64,000 nucleotides of DNA, from positions 384,001-448,000 of the forward strand of contig JBEKSS010000001.1 in assembly GCA_049516875.1 (NCBI GenBank), written 5' to 3'. Both the position numbers and the translations under genes were made by a program. The notes under the pieces are model-generated. The model searched no databases. It was not told the origin of the DNA and saw only the letters and a program-made list of their open reading frames with translations. Source of the DNA: Candidatus Bathyarchaeia archaeon (lineage in GTDB: Archaea; Thermoproteota; Bathyarchaeia; Bathyarchaeales; Bathycorpusculaceae). Below, one piece after another: positions 41,194-50,625 of this stretch (position 1 is the stretch's first letter; each line of letters begins with the position of its first letter).

Positions 41194-41488
41194 AGAGCGT
41201 TCACCTTCGTTTCTAGTTTACTGGCTTGTGGAATATAACTATCGCTCAGAGGCAAGGCTTGTGTTCATGAACGTAGTTATTCTTCATTTCTTGGAGATCT
41301 GAAAATTGTTTTGAAGGCACAGAATAGAGAAGCAACAGACGTTACGCTTCTGACGTGTGCATGTTCCTTGCATGAGATTGAAAATTCGAGTAGACGATAT
41401 CTCCAAACCTAATGAGATTATTAGAATGAACGATTTCCTAGCACCATGCTATTTGCTGTTTTTCGGTTTCGAAAGCTGCGTGAAGTGC

Positions 41489-41695
41489 CTATTGTTTCTT
41501 GCTTAGATACCATTTAAGGTATTCTTTTTTCTTCCTTTCCCGTTCCTCTTCCTTGGATTCCAAGTTGGGTCTCAGTTTATCTCTTAGTTCCATCAGTTCT
41601 TGCTGAGTCACGGACAGTCCGCAGCTCTTGCACACGTAATGTTTTGTGGCTATCATATACTGCATTTCGCCACCGCATTCTGGGCAGTAGGGCAT
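41489..41695 (-). CDS. Small zinc-ribbon protein
   Basis: CPECGG...CKSCG plus charged tail. Confidence 0.8.
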   Translation of the reverse strand: MPYCPECGGEMQYMIATKHYVCKSCGLSVTQQELMELRDKLRPNLESKEEERERKKKEYLKWYLSKKQ

Positions 41696-41766
41696 TCTTG
41701 TTCACTTTTTTTGTCTCATGAAGTGAGAATGGTTTGAGAAATAGCTTTCGGCTGTGGCGGGCAAGT

Positions 41767-42864
41767 TTAGGCTATGAAATTTAATAGATCCGCGTCTTTG
41801 GCCAATTGGATTGCTCTCTTCATTTCTTCACGTGTTAATCTTCTACCTAATTCGGGAACCTCAAACGCCTGCCATTCGGGTCTGTATTGAAACATGACGT
41901 TCACTCTTGTTTCGACACCCAAGTTTTTGGCAATCCAATCAAGGATTGGTTTTGCACAACACTCTAAATGGTTTGGCAGAAGAAGTACCCTTACTATGAG
42001 TTCTCCATGTTTCTTTGCTTCCAAGTGATTATTTACACACGCTTCCCAGTAGTTTGGAGCGTCGGAGATTTTTTCTGCGCATCGGCCTGGTCCGTACTTG
42101 AAATCCAGCAGGTAAACGTCGGCAAAGCCAGCCAGGAGCGCCGCGCTCTCTGCGCTGTAGTAGCTGTTTGAGTTCCAAACAACAGGAATACTCGTGTCAA
42201 CATGTTTGAAGGTTTTGAGCCACTGCTGAAGCCATGGAGTAGGCTCTCCTCCAACGAGGTTCACATTTCTGCAACCGTCAAGACGCAGCCGTTCAACTTC
42301 ACGAGCTAGATCCATAGGCTCGTAGACTTCGCCATTTTCAATCCATTGGGAAATCGTCCAGTTCTGACAGTGCTTGCATCGCATCGTACAGCCCAAGGTG
42401 AAAACTGTTCCGGAAGGCACAAGTTCTGGCTCTTCACCCATGTGTTCAAAAATACTTGAAACGGTTATGTCCAAACTGCATTTACAGTAGCCAGACTTTC
42501 CCTCCAACCTGTTGACACTGCATTTGCGCACGCAAAGATGACAGGCGGATAGAATCCTATCTACAATTTCGATTTTCAGGTCCAAGTAAGATTTTTCTGG
42601 AGTTGCCATTGCTTGAAAGTCTCTCTTTCCATCGTCAATTTCTCTCTGAATTCTACCGAATTCTTGCGTAAGCCTCGCGTGTTCTCGCCAAAGCTTCTCA
42701 GTGGAATCGTTTCTGTTGAATTCTGCTGAAACTTTCTTAGCTATCAGGAATTTTGCTGGCCCCCTGTTCTGCAGGAGAGCAAAGTATCTGGCTAGACTCC
42801 TCTTGACTAGTCTATCGTTTAATACCGCAACCGCATCTGGACGGAGAAAGCTCCACATTTTCAC
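41767..42864 (-). CDS. Radical SAM protein, PflX-like
   Basis: CHLCVRKCSVNR, HMGEEPEL, CTMRCKHCQN, NVMFQYRP. Confidence 0.9.
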   Translation of the reverse strand: MKMWSFLRPDAVAVLNDRLVKRSLARYFALLQNRGPAKFLIAKKVSAEFNRNDSTEKLWREHARLTQEFGRIQREIDDGKRDFQAMATPEKSYLDLKIEIVDRILSACHLCVRKCSVNRLEGKSGYCKCSLDITVSSIFEHMGEEPELVPSGTVFTLGCTMRCKHCQNWTISQWIENGEVYEPMDLAREVERLRLDGCRNVNLVGGEPTPWLQQWLKTFKHVDTSIPVVWNSNSYYSAESAALLAGFADVYLLDFKYGPGRCAEKISDAPNYWEACVNNHLEAKKHGELIVRVLLLPNHLECCAKPILDWIAKNLGVETRVNVMFQYRPEWQAFEVPELGRRLTREEMKRAIQLAKDADLLNFIA

Positions 42865-42890
42865 TCATTTTCACTCGAGTGATCGAACTG

Positions 42891-43946
42891 TCAAAACAAG
42901 GCGTACGGATAAGATTGCCCGCTAGCGTGTAGTTTACCCTTAATTGGGATTTCATGCCCGCACACTGGACATCGCATGTCCTTCGTCAGATTCCATCGCG
43001 TTATCACGAAATTGTAACGTTTTATTAGGGTTTCATTGCAGTTCGGACAGTAAGTGTTTTCGCACGGATGCCCGGGCACGTTTCCAATGTAAACATAATT
43101 TAGGCTCGCATCCTTTGCAGCAACGTAAGCTTTCTCCAGAGTTTCAATAGGGGTTGCCGGGATAGTGGTTACCTGATAGTCCGGATGGAAACGCAGTAAG
43201 TGAAACGGCGTGTCCTTCCCAATTCCATCTCGGACCCAAACGGCAAGCTCTTTTATTCTCTCAATCGAATCCCCTGATTTGGGCACAATGAGGTTCGTGA
43301 TTTCTATGTGAATGTTGTTCCGCCTCATTTCCTTCAAGGCCTCAAAGATCGGTGCAACTGAAGGAACAGATGAAAAGGTCTTGTAGAATTCCGGATCTGC
43401 ACCACCTTTGAAGTCCACCGTCGCAGCGTCCAAGTATGGAGCTATGGTTTTCACTGCTTCTGGCGTCATGTAACCGTTTGTTACAAAAGTGTTGAAGAAC
43501 CCTACTTGGCGAGCAAGTTTGGCAGTGTCATATGCATATTCGAAGAAAATCGTTGGTTCAGTATACGTGTAGCTTATTCCTTCGCAGCCGTTGTCTCTAG
43601 CGGCTTTTATTACGTCTTCGGGAGGAAAGTGCTTGCCACTTATCTTCTTCTCTTGGCTTATCATCCAGTTGTCACAGAATTGACAGCGGAAGTTGCAGCC
43701 AACCGTGGCAATAGACATCACCAAGGCCCCTGGGTTAAAGTGGGCAAGCGGCTTTTTCTCAATGGGATCTATAGCTGCGGATATTGCCTTGGCGTAGTTG
43801 AGTGAAAAAAGAGTACCTCCTTCGTTCTTTCTTACTAAACAGAAGCCTGTACCGCCGTCATTTATGAGGCATTTTCGCGCGCAGAGATGACAGTTCACCT
43901 TTCTGTCTTGAAGTTTTTCGTAAAGCATTGCTTCATGAAGGGACAT
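42891..43946 (-). CDS. amrS: AmmeMemoRadiSam system radical SAM enzyme
   Basis: DPIEKKPL.HF.PG, GCNFRCQFCDN, YTYTEP, RFHPDY, YVYIGNV. Confidence 0.93.
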   Translation of the reverse strand: MSLHEAMLYEKLQDRKVNCHLCARKCLINDGGTGFCLVRKNEGGTLFSLNYAKAISAAIDPIEKKPLAHFNPGALVMSIATVGCNFRCQFCDNWMISQEKKISGKHFPPEDVIKAARDNGCEGISYTYTEPTIFFEYAYDTAKLARQVGFFNTFVTNGYMTPEAVKTIAPYLDAATVDFKGGADPEFYKTFSSVPSVAPIFEALKEMRRNNIHIEITNLIVPKSGDSIERIKELAVWVRDGIGKDTPFHLLRFHPDYQVTTIPATPIETLEKAYVAAKDASLNYVYIGNVPGHPCENTYCPNCNETLIKRYNFVITRWNLTKDMRCPVCGHEIPIKGKLHASGQSYPYALF

Positions 43947-43999
43947 TCAACCAGCCCTTTGACCGTTCATGTAAATCTTAACATGAGCAAGTATAAGAT

Positions 44000-44617
44000 C
44001 TATTCGCTTGTCTCTGAAACAGGGTTATCTTTGATTTCGAAAACTAATGGTGGAGACGTGGTTTTCACGTCCAATTCTATATCAAGCAAGCCTTCCAGAA
44101 AACCAGCCCAGATTTCAGATTCACTAATGAAAGGCGTTTTTATAAGGAGATATTTATCCTTCAGGTAGAAGTCGCCGAATCCTTGCACTCGCAAGCGCTT
44201 GAAAACGTCCGGCCATTTCTCACGGTTTGTGGTTTCTATTCCAGGTGCGGTTTCTATAGAAACTCTTGCGGCCTCGCCCATGTTCTTCCCGATCTCACGC
44301 CATTTTTCCATTGGAACATTATGAATCAGGATGTCAAGCAGCTCCGCATTCACGAAAGCTATCCGACTTATCCCACAATAATATTCGCCTGGAAAACGCC
44401 AATCATAAATCATCATGCTTCTGTAGACATCAAGCATTTTCGAAATAAGCGGCTTAATGCCCGGTTCTTTTCCCTCCTTAATCAAAGAGTCGATGAATTC
44501 TCTTTCGTCTTTCTCCAAGATTATTGTTGTCCTCTTGGCTGAGGTTTCGTTTTTCCTTATTAGTTCTTGGAGCTTTTTCTCTTTGTCTTCCTGCATAATC
44601 ATTATATTTTTCGGCAT
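44000..44617 (-). CDS. Hypothetical regulator-like protein (RHH-like N-terminus, V4R-like C-terminus)
   Basis: KRTTIILEKDEREFIDSLI; GFGDF...GFLEGLL. Confidence 0.7.
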   Translation of the reverse strand: MPKNIMIMQEDKEKKLQELIRKNETSAKRTTIILEKDEREFIDSLIKEGKEPGIKPLISKMLDVYRSMMIYDWRFPGEYYCGISRIAFVNAELLDILIHNVPMEKWREIGKNMGEAARVSIETAPGIETTNREKWPDVFKRLRVQGFGDFYLKDKYLLIKTPFISESEIWAGFLEGLLDIELDVKTTSPPLVFEIKDNPVSETSE

Positions 44618-44774
44618 ATTTTATATAATTTGCGTTAGCACGGAAGCATATCAAAACATATCCACGCATCGGCACAGGCTATCCAGCATTGAGGACAGGT
44701 TATCACAGAAGGATCATTCTAGCTCACCACTAGCGCCATGAGCACTACGAGATAATGATTACAACCGAACGATT

Positions 44775-44782
44775 TTTAATAA
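44775..44782 (+). promoter_or_regulatory. TATA box of the predicted C/D sRNA
   Basis: TTAATAA-type box roughly 25 nt upstream of the sRNA terminal stem. Confidence 0.55.
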
Positions 44783-44803
44783 GCCTAAGCATCTTTTAGA
44801 ATC

Positions 44804-44860
44804 GCCGATGACGAGCTCTTTTTGTCTGAAAAAGATGATGTACTCTAGGGTATCTGAGGC
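44804..44860 (+). ncRNA. Box C/D guide sRNA
   Basis: GCC stem, C box ATGACGA 44808-44814, 11-nt guide, D' CTGA 44826-44829, C' ATGATGT 44835-44841, 12-nt guide, D CTGA 44854-44857, GGC stem. Confidence 0.8.
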
Positions 44861-44861
44861 A
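44843..44861 (+). repeat. attL core (19 bp)
   Basis: CTCTAGGGTATCTGAGGCA, identical to 60406-60424 and 52 nt upstream of the integrase. Confidence 0.95.
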
Positions 44862-44913
44862 ATTCTTTATAATATGTGAGGTATTTTATTCTTTTTCGCA
44901 GGAGAGAAGGCTT

Positions 44914-46167
44914 ATGGATTGGCGGCGCAGGTACGATTACGGCGTCTCGCGCCTGGAAGTCGACGCGTTCATCCAGGAGAACACGTGCGTTCAGCGGTTC
45001 TTGAAGAAGTATGCTGAGTCAACCAGGTACAATTTCAGCCGGTACCTCTGCATGTTCTTCAAGTGGCTACGAATTCGAAAAGGCCTGGAGCTGAGCCCAA
45101 GCGAGTTTCTGCAGATGCTCAGCGAAAAGCGTCAGGCTCATTCAGTTGAGGACCGGTGCTGGGGCAAAGACCTTGTCCTGGAATACACCCGTGACAATCC
45201 AGACATGAAAGGCAAGTCGCACAGTCTCCTGTACGGCGCCATGTTCAAGAGCGTGAACCTGTTCTGCAAGGCCCACGAAGTGGAGCTGGCCATCGCCCGC
45301 GGCGCGTATGGCGAGAAGAAAAAGAGGAAGTACCGGCCTGCCCCTTACACTGTCTCCTTAGCCAAGAAAGTCTTAGGCGTAGTCAACCAACGGGACCGGG
45401 CGATCTGCATGCTCGGTCTCCAGACTGGGCAAAGCATCCAGCAGGTGCTCGAGGAGATTAACGATCAGTACGAATACATCGTCCGGGAAATCTCTTCGGG
45501 AAAGCAAAGGATCCGCTTTGACTTCCCGGACGGGCGGAAGGGCAACGGTTTCAAGTATTACACGTTTTGCTCAGTTGACGCTATAACTGAGGTCCAGAAG
45601 TGGCTGCCTATCCGTAAGAAGTGGCTTGGGGACCGAAAGAGCCCGTACCTCTTCATTCAGCGGGATGGGTCGAAGATGACGCCTCAGGCTTGGCGGAGTC
45701 CGTTCCGGGAGCGCCTTGAACGTCATGGAGTTTACAAGGGTCCTTACTCCGTCGTTTTTCACATGTTCAGGAAAATCTTTGAGTCTGAGGCCAGTCCTCC
45801 AGATAGAGGCATTAGCAAAGATTATGCGCGGTTCATGATGGGCCACTCGGTTGATGAGGAAGAGCTTGATCAGTTGGATATTCCAGGGGGCACGTATGAT
45901 GAGGCGCCGTTTACGCATCCGGACGCAGTTGAAAAAGAATACGCGAAGCTGGAGCCCTACATCAACATCTACACCGGCAAAGCAGCCCACACGGAAGAAG
46001 GGGAAATCGGCGACATGCGGCGGCAGCTGAGCAGTCTAACTTCCCAAGTCGGCCAGCTGACGAGTACGTTGGAACTAATGCGAGTACCATTCCCAACGAA
46101 GGAAGCGATAGAGGGGCCAATAGCAGCTATGAAGAAAATAGCGCCAGAAAATGTCACCAAAAAATAG
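44914..46167 (+). CDS. Tyrosine recombinase/integrase (intact)
   Basis: RDRAI..LGLQTG, RKGN, FHMFRK, MMGH, downstream Tyr (GGTYD). Confidence 0.9.
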   Translation: MDWRRRYDYGVSRLEVDAFIQENTCVQRFLKKYAESTRYNFSRYLCMFFKWLRIRKGLELSPSEFLQMLSEKRQAHSVEDRCWGKDLVLEYTRDNPDMKGKSHSLLYGAMFKSVNLFCKAHEVELAIARGAYGEKKKRKYRPAPYTVSLAKKVLGVVNQRDRAICMLGLQTGQSIQQVLEEINDQYEYIVREISSGKQRIRFDFPDGRKGNGFKYYTFCSVDAITEVQKWLPIRKKWLGDRKSPYLFIQRDGSKMTPQAWRSPFRERLERHGVYKGPYSVVFHMFRKIFESEASPPDRGISKDYARFMMGHSVDEEELDQLDIPGGTYDEAPFTHPDAVEKEYAKLEPYINIYTGKAAHTEEGEIGDMRRQLSSLTSQVGQLTSTLELMRVPFPTKEAIEGPIAAMKKIAPENVTKK

Positions 46168-46374
46168 CGACTGTGGAAAGACAGGGCAAACTTGAACGAA
46201 AAAGGCCTACCTTAGCAGCGCAGAAACAGCCTCTTCCTCATAGTATATTACAGAAACTCAATGCATGTTGAAGAGCCATGGTAGAGACGGAGCAAAAGTG
46301 AAGCAGTTAGCCCAGCCTTGGCAACGCTGAAATGCCTAGTCATCCATTAACAAATATGGTGGCGCAATCCGCTA

Positions 46375-47427
46375 TTATTCCACACTTCGTTTTTGGCGGT
46401 AGCGTTTCCTATATCCATGGAACTTCTCCAAGATAGAAAAAACCCCATAGGAAAACAAAGCACCGAGGCCAAACAGAAAAACGCCAAACCAGTTCAGATC
46501 ATGCAATGCAAGTATACTCACATAGAAAAACAAAGCAGCGAAGCAGCCGATGAACATTCCTCCAATCATCGTAGCAACTGTCTTCTTTGCGCTTTCTGTT
46601 TTGGTATACTTTTCTTCCTCAAACTCAAGTTCCATTCCAAGATCTTTCGGAGTTATCCCTTGTTTCAAAATTCTCTCTGCAATCTTTGAACCTTCAGCCG
46701 TCAGAGAGTAACTGGCTTTGTGGGGTTCACGCCAGGCCCGGAAGATTCTTCCTCCAGTGATTCTCGCAATTCTGGTCTTGAATTTATCCATCTTTGTAAT
46801 CGGCTCAGGGCTAGTCTTCACAAACTCGGGGTAACGTTTCAATATCGTTTGAATCTCACGTGGCGATATTTTTCCTCGCAGAGACGAGTAAAGTTCCTCG
46901 GTGGTCGCCGTTTGTTCCGCGGGGGTACGAATTCCTAAAAGGAGAGAAGTGAAGAAGTAGAAGTAGCCGAATTTTTCAATGAATGACTTAAGATCTTCTT
47001 TGTTCATACCTTCGATGCTTCTTAGAATGTCTTCCGGATCTGGTTGCATTTCTGCCAAAGGATTATCTGATTTGTAAGCCCTCAAGAATTTGCCAACGAG
47101 TTGTGCATGCGATGTTTCCCTATAGCATTTGTAATTAGTCTTGAACTTTCCCAGGGCTGCTCTTTTTCCTTCAGGAGTCAGCGGGCTTCTCACGCCAACG
47201 TAGCTCGCTAACTTTAGCCCTTCGAGTTCCCTAAGAGTATCATCAACGAGACCTATGCTGATCTGTTGTCCGACTGGCCCTTGATTTCGAAGCTTCTGCT
47301 CAACGTCGATCGACGTCGCTTCTTTTTTGTCAATCAAAACGCCGAAGATTGCATATTTCTTTTCGTTTCTCAGGAGTCTGAAAGATCTGTACAACATCTC
47401 ATTCACACTTAATGACATATGAACCAT
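46375..47427 (-). CDS. Winged-helix-like protein with two C-terminal TM helices (cargo)
   Basis: LTPEGK and YSLTAEGSK wing-like motifs; hydrophobic C-terminus. Confidence 0.65.
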   Translation of the reverse strand: MVHMSLSVNEMLYRSFRLLRNEKKYAIFGVLIDKKEATSIDVEQKLRNQGPVGQQISIGLVDDTLRELEGLKLASYVGVRSPLTPEGKRAALGKFKTNYKCYRETSHAQLVGKFLRAYKSDNPLAEMQPDPEDILRSIEGMNKEDLKSFIEKFGYFYFFTSLLLGIRTPAEQTATTEELYSSLRGKISPREIQTILKRYPEFVKTSPEPITKMDKFKTRIARITGGRIFRAWREPHKASYSLTAEGSKIAERILKQGITPKDLGMELEFEEEKYTKTESAKKTVATMIGGMFIGCFAALFFYVSILALHDLNWFGVFLFGLGALFSYGVFSILEKFHGYRKRYRQKRSVE

Positions 47428-47541
47428 TACCTCATACGCATATTCTCAAAAAGTCAGAATCACTATTTCTTGATTCTGAGTTTCTCAGAATTAAAGATTT
47501 CCCTGATTTGGCCCTAGGTACTACTTGTTGTCCGACCGAAA

Positions 47542-48327
47542 ATGAGGAAAACGATTGAAACGGAAAGGAAAGCAGATGCAGGGCTCGAATTAGACGAAGT
47601 GAACCAGGAGAGCATTGACGAACGGCTTCAAGAGATTGAGAAAAAACTGACGAGAATCGAGAAGGAATCGCGTGTTGGTGTAGACGATCAGCTTTTTTAC
47701 GGATTGGTTCTCTCTTTTCTCTTGTTTTTCTTGGCAGTTCCCCTGCCTGATGTTACAAACTTCCTCTTGGCCAGTTTCAAGTTTGATCTTAGTACCGCGT
47801 CAAACGTTGCTCTAGGTTTGAAGAATACTTTTGTCGCGCTCTTACTTCTGTCCGTTGTATCCAGGTACTATGCCGCAGTGAAGCCAGCTAAGGGATATCG
47901 TCTGTGGTCGATTGAATTCCTTTTTGTAGCGTTCGAGCTCTTTGTGTGGAATCTAACATTTGCCATAGCAAACCCACTTGTCCCACCACCAGGATACACT
48001 ATAGAAAACAGTTTCGTTTCTCTCTCAGCCGCATATGTTGTGCTCTTAGCAATCTTTTTGCTGATAGGAAAGTTTGTCGAGAGCAGAATCCTTGGATTCT
48101 ACGCAAAGAAAGAGCTCATTTCAAAGAAACATGCCCAACCGATTGCATCAGCCTTTTTCATATCTTTCTTAGGAACAGGAGGCCTTGTACTTCTGCTACA
48201 AGAAGTGGCCTTTTTTGATGCGAACACTCTGTTCAGTGCCTTAGATCTAAACATCGCTCTTTCACTTTCGTTCGCCTTCTGTTTTTCCGTTTACCTTATC
48301 TTCTTGCGAAAGAAGAAAGTCTTATGA
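47542..48327 (+). CDS. Multi-pass membrane protein (cargo)
   Basis: Charged coiled-coil N-terminus followed by about 6 TM segments. Confidence 0.7.
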   Translation: MRKTIETERKADAGLELDEVNQESIDERLQEIEKKLTRIEKESRVGVDDQLFYGLVLSFLLFFLAVPLPDVTNFLLASFKFDLSTASNVALGLKNTFVALLLLSVVSRYYAAVKPAKGYRLWSIEFLFVAFELFVWNLTFAIANPLVPPPGYTIENSFVSLSAAYVVLLAIFLLIGKFVESRILGFYAKKELISKKHAQPIASAFFISFLGTGGLVLLLQEVAFFDANTLFSALDLNIALSLSFAFCFSVYLIFLRKKKVL

Positions 48328-48398
48328 AGATGGTTGCAATGCGACTTGGACCAAACGATCCCCTGCCATCCAAGTGTTAATGGGTATTAACAGATATT

Positions 48399-49184
48399 TC
48401 ATGGCTTGTCTGCTTCTTGGAGCAGATCCTCTTTTGTGTAAAGCTTGGAAGAAAGTGCCTTGTCAAGTGCTTTCCTGATATATTCACCGGCGATTCGTAC
48501 GTCGACTAAGGGTATCTCTTTTCTTCCGCCGTGGACGATGGCCCCTCTCAAATCATAGAACTTACCTATTTGTTTGGCCATTTCCTCTCTCTTCAATTCG
48601 TCAGGTTCTATGAAACTGGAGAGTCTACGTTTGAGATTGCTCTTGTAATTCCCCCCGGTTGAAAAGAGTGCTTCGGCGGCAATCGCCAAGTCGATAACAA
48701 CCTCTACTTGCATCCTACTACTGGCTTGCACAGCATTGTAGTAGTAGCGAAGAGCCAACCCAAGCTGTTCATCCATTATTCTTTGCATGTCTTTTTCCAG
48801 GTGAAGAAAGCGTTCCTTTGTCAAGAGGATTGATTCACTGAGTATGGATCCCATATCTTCATCGAGGACTGTGACTTTCCTGTAGTTAGTGAAAGAAACT
48901 CTTCTTCTCCCAAGCTCGTCCAATGCAGATATAGTTGTACCAATTCCGGAACGATAGGTGGCAGGTCGACCGGTCAATAGGGCATTCAATAAGAGAAAGA
49001 AATCCACGTATGAGCTGGCTGTGATGAAATAATCGGGGGCATCCTCGACACCAAAGTATGCAATGGCAGCTGACTCATTCTCGCCAAATACTTGTTCTAA
49101 GACAAATCTCTCGCAGACCTGAAGCTGACCTATTGTTGATGGCAGCAAGCTCCCTCTAATGAGAAATTCTACCTGTTTTAGCAT
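48399..49184 (-). CDS. ApeA-like HEPN domain protein
   Basis: LAIAAEALF...LKRRLSSFI...FYDLRGAIVHG (RxxxxH). Confidence 0.8.
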   Translation of the reverse strand: MLKQVEFLIRGSLLPSTIGQLQVCERFVLEQVFGENESAAIAYFGVEDAPDYFITASSYVDFFLLLNALLTGRPATYRSGIGTTISALDELGRRRVSFTNYRKVTVLDEDMGSILSESILLTKERFLHLEKDMQRIMDEQLGLALRYYYNAVQASSRMQVEVVIDLAIAAEALFSTGGNYKSNLKRRLSSFIEPDELKREEMAKQIGKFYDLRGAIVHGGRKEIPLVDVRIAGEYIRKALDKALSSKLYTKEDLLQEADKP

Positions 49185-49334
49185 AGTATTTCAAAATATA
49201 TGATTGCCTATTTGAGCCTCATGCTTCAGGCAAGCCATGGACGCTACCTATGAGGTACGAAGCCCCAGCGCGCGCGTCAGAAAGTCTATTGCGCGCAACA
49301 GACTTTTCTTGAAAATGGACTCGTTTCAGACCTG

Positions 49335-50357
49335 CTACGGTGGCGATTTTTGGAAAACCAGCCCGCCAGTCAAACCCATGCAAGCCCACTCCAGACCGAT
49401 GGGTTGGTCTGCCGCTACGAAGTAGTCTCCATACATGGTGATTCCTCCTGCCTCCGCAGCATTCAGATATGCGGCGAGTCTAACGTCGTGGACGCTGGTG
49501 TCTCTCTGAGTTGTGTTCAACCCAGTTTTCTCTACTTTTAGGACTCCATCGACCCACAGCCTGATTATGCCCGCCGAAACATGCAGATAATCATAGACTT
49601 CCACACAGTACCAAGTGTTCGCCACAGGGTTGCTGGGGCTAGACTCTAAATAATTGACTCCGGCACCTTCCCAGTGGCTAAGGCCCCAGTAGAGGTTAGC
49701 GCCGCTTTTTTCTATTATCGGAAGTAGGTCCCAGGTTCCTGCACCGGCACCTACTAAGCCCCAGCCGGGACCGAACATATGAGGAGTCCCATCTGCAGTG
49801 GGCATTGCAGACAGCTTGATGTATGCCCTGACGTAGATTTCTGGCGCGACGGGTGAACCAAGGTCCTTGTATGCGCTGCCTCCATCGTTGAGGGCCGTTA
49901 GACCTGTTATTTTCATGTTGTAGATTCCATGATGGGGGTTTGCGTTCTCAACCGTTGTCACTCCGCTGTTCCAGTTATGGGTTCCCGTCCATGCGTTGAA
50001 GTTGCCGGACTCGAAACCGTCTGCGAAGACCACTGTGAAGAATTGTTTCAAGTAGGTTCGTTGCTGCGCTGAGATTCGTGGAAATACGAATTTGTGAACG
50101 TATTCTTCTAAGGCTTTCTTATCCTTTAGAACTCTAGGCGGAACACGAAGAGGAACCGTGAACCGTTCAAGACAGTAAGGACACATATGGCTGGCGCCAG
50201 ATACTTTTCTTCTGCATCTTGGGCAGATGTGGTCCCACATCGGCAGTCCGGAGCAGGAGTCACAACGCCAACAATCGGACCGCATCAACTTAACGGACCG
50301 CATCAACTTAACATAGGCGACACAATACAGTTTCAGCAGCCAATATGGCAGTCTCAA
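49335..50357 (-). CDS. Putative adhesin/spike: zinc-finger N-terminus plus lectin/LamG-like beta-sandwich
   Basis: CPRC...CPYC; FADGFESGNFNAWT...NTWYCVEV...IRLWVDG. Confidence 0.7.
   Translation of the reverse strand: MRLPYWLLKLYCVAYVKLMRSVKLMRSDCWRCDSCSGLPMWDHICPRCRRKVSGASHMCPYCLERFTVPLRVPPRVLKDKKALEEYVHKFVFPRISAQQRTYLKQFFTVVFADGFESGNFNAWTGTHNWNSGVTTVENANPHHGIYNMKITGLTALNDGGSAYKDLGSPVAPEIYVRAYIKLSAMPTADGTPHMFGPGWGLVGAGAGTWDLLPIIEKSGANLYWGLSHWEGAGVNYLESSPSNPVANTWYCVEVYDYLHVSAGIIRLWVDGVLKVEKTGLNTTQRDTSVHDVRLAAYLNAAEAGGITMYGDYFVAADQPIGLEWACMGLTGGLVFQKSPP
50276..50311. repeat. 18-bp perfect tandem duplication (VKLMRS x2)
   Basis: CGGACCGCATCAACTTAA twice. Confidence 0.95.
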
Positions 50358-50378
50358 TTCAGGACCTCCATTTCTCGA

Positions 50379-50603
50379 CTACCACACTGCATTGAGGCTT
50401 CGCTGAGCATCTTCAAAAAGCAGCAAAGCAGACTTCAAGTAAGACTGCGCCTGCTCAAGCCTTCTTCTCTCGTCCGAAGAAAGAGGCAACGAGCCGATCA
50501 TGGAACACAGCTTCCTCGACATCTCGAGGACGTCCGCAACGTAGTCGCCGGGATATCTGTAGCCAAGAAGAGGCTTATTTCTGAGCCACTCTCTAAAATT
50601 CAT
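50379..50603 (-). CDS. Small hypothetical protein
   Basis: In the co-oriented minus-strand operon. Confidence 0.6.
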   Translation of the reverse strand: MNFREWLRNKPLLGYRYPGDYVADVLEMSRKLCSMIGSLPLSSDERRRLEQAQSYLKSALLLFEDAQRSLNAVW

Positions 50604-50625
50604 ACGCGATGCCCCCGCGAGCTAC

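Noticed and set aside
44842-44857. D guide targeting 16S rRNA at AGAUACCC
   Set aside because: Only partial complementarity to the consensus I recall, and the host rRNA is not in the window; no target claimed
46731-46745. GCCAGGCCCGGAAG resembling SRP helix 8
   Set aside because: The 3' strand (GGAGCAG) is missing and it lies antisense within a CDS
50276-50311. Mini CRISPR array
   Set aside because: Two adjacent copies, no spacer, no cas genes; no CRISPR array seen anywhere in the window
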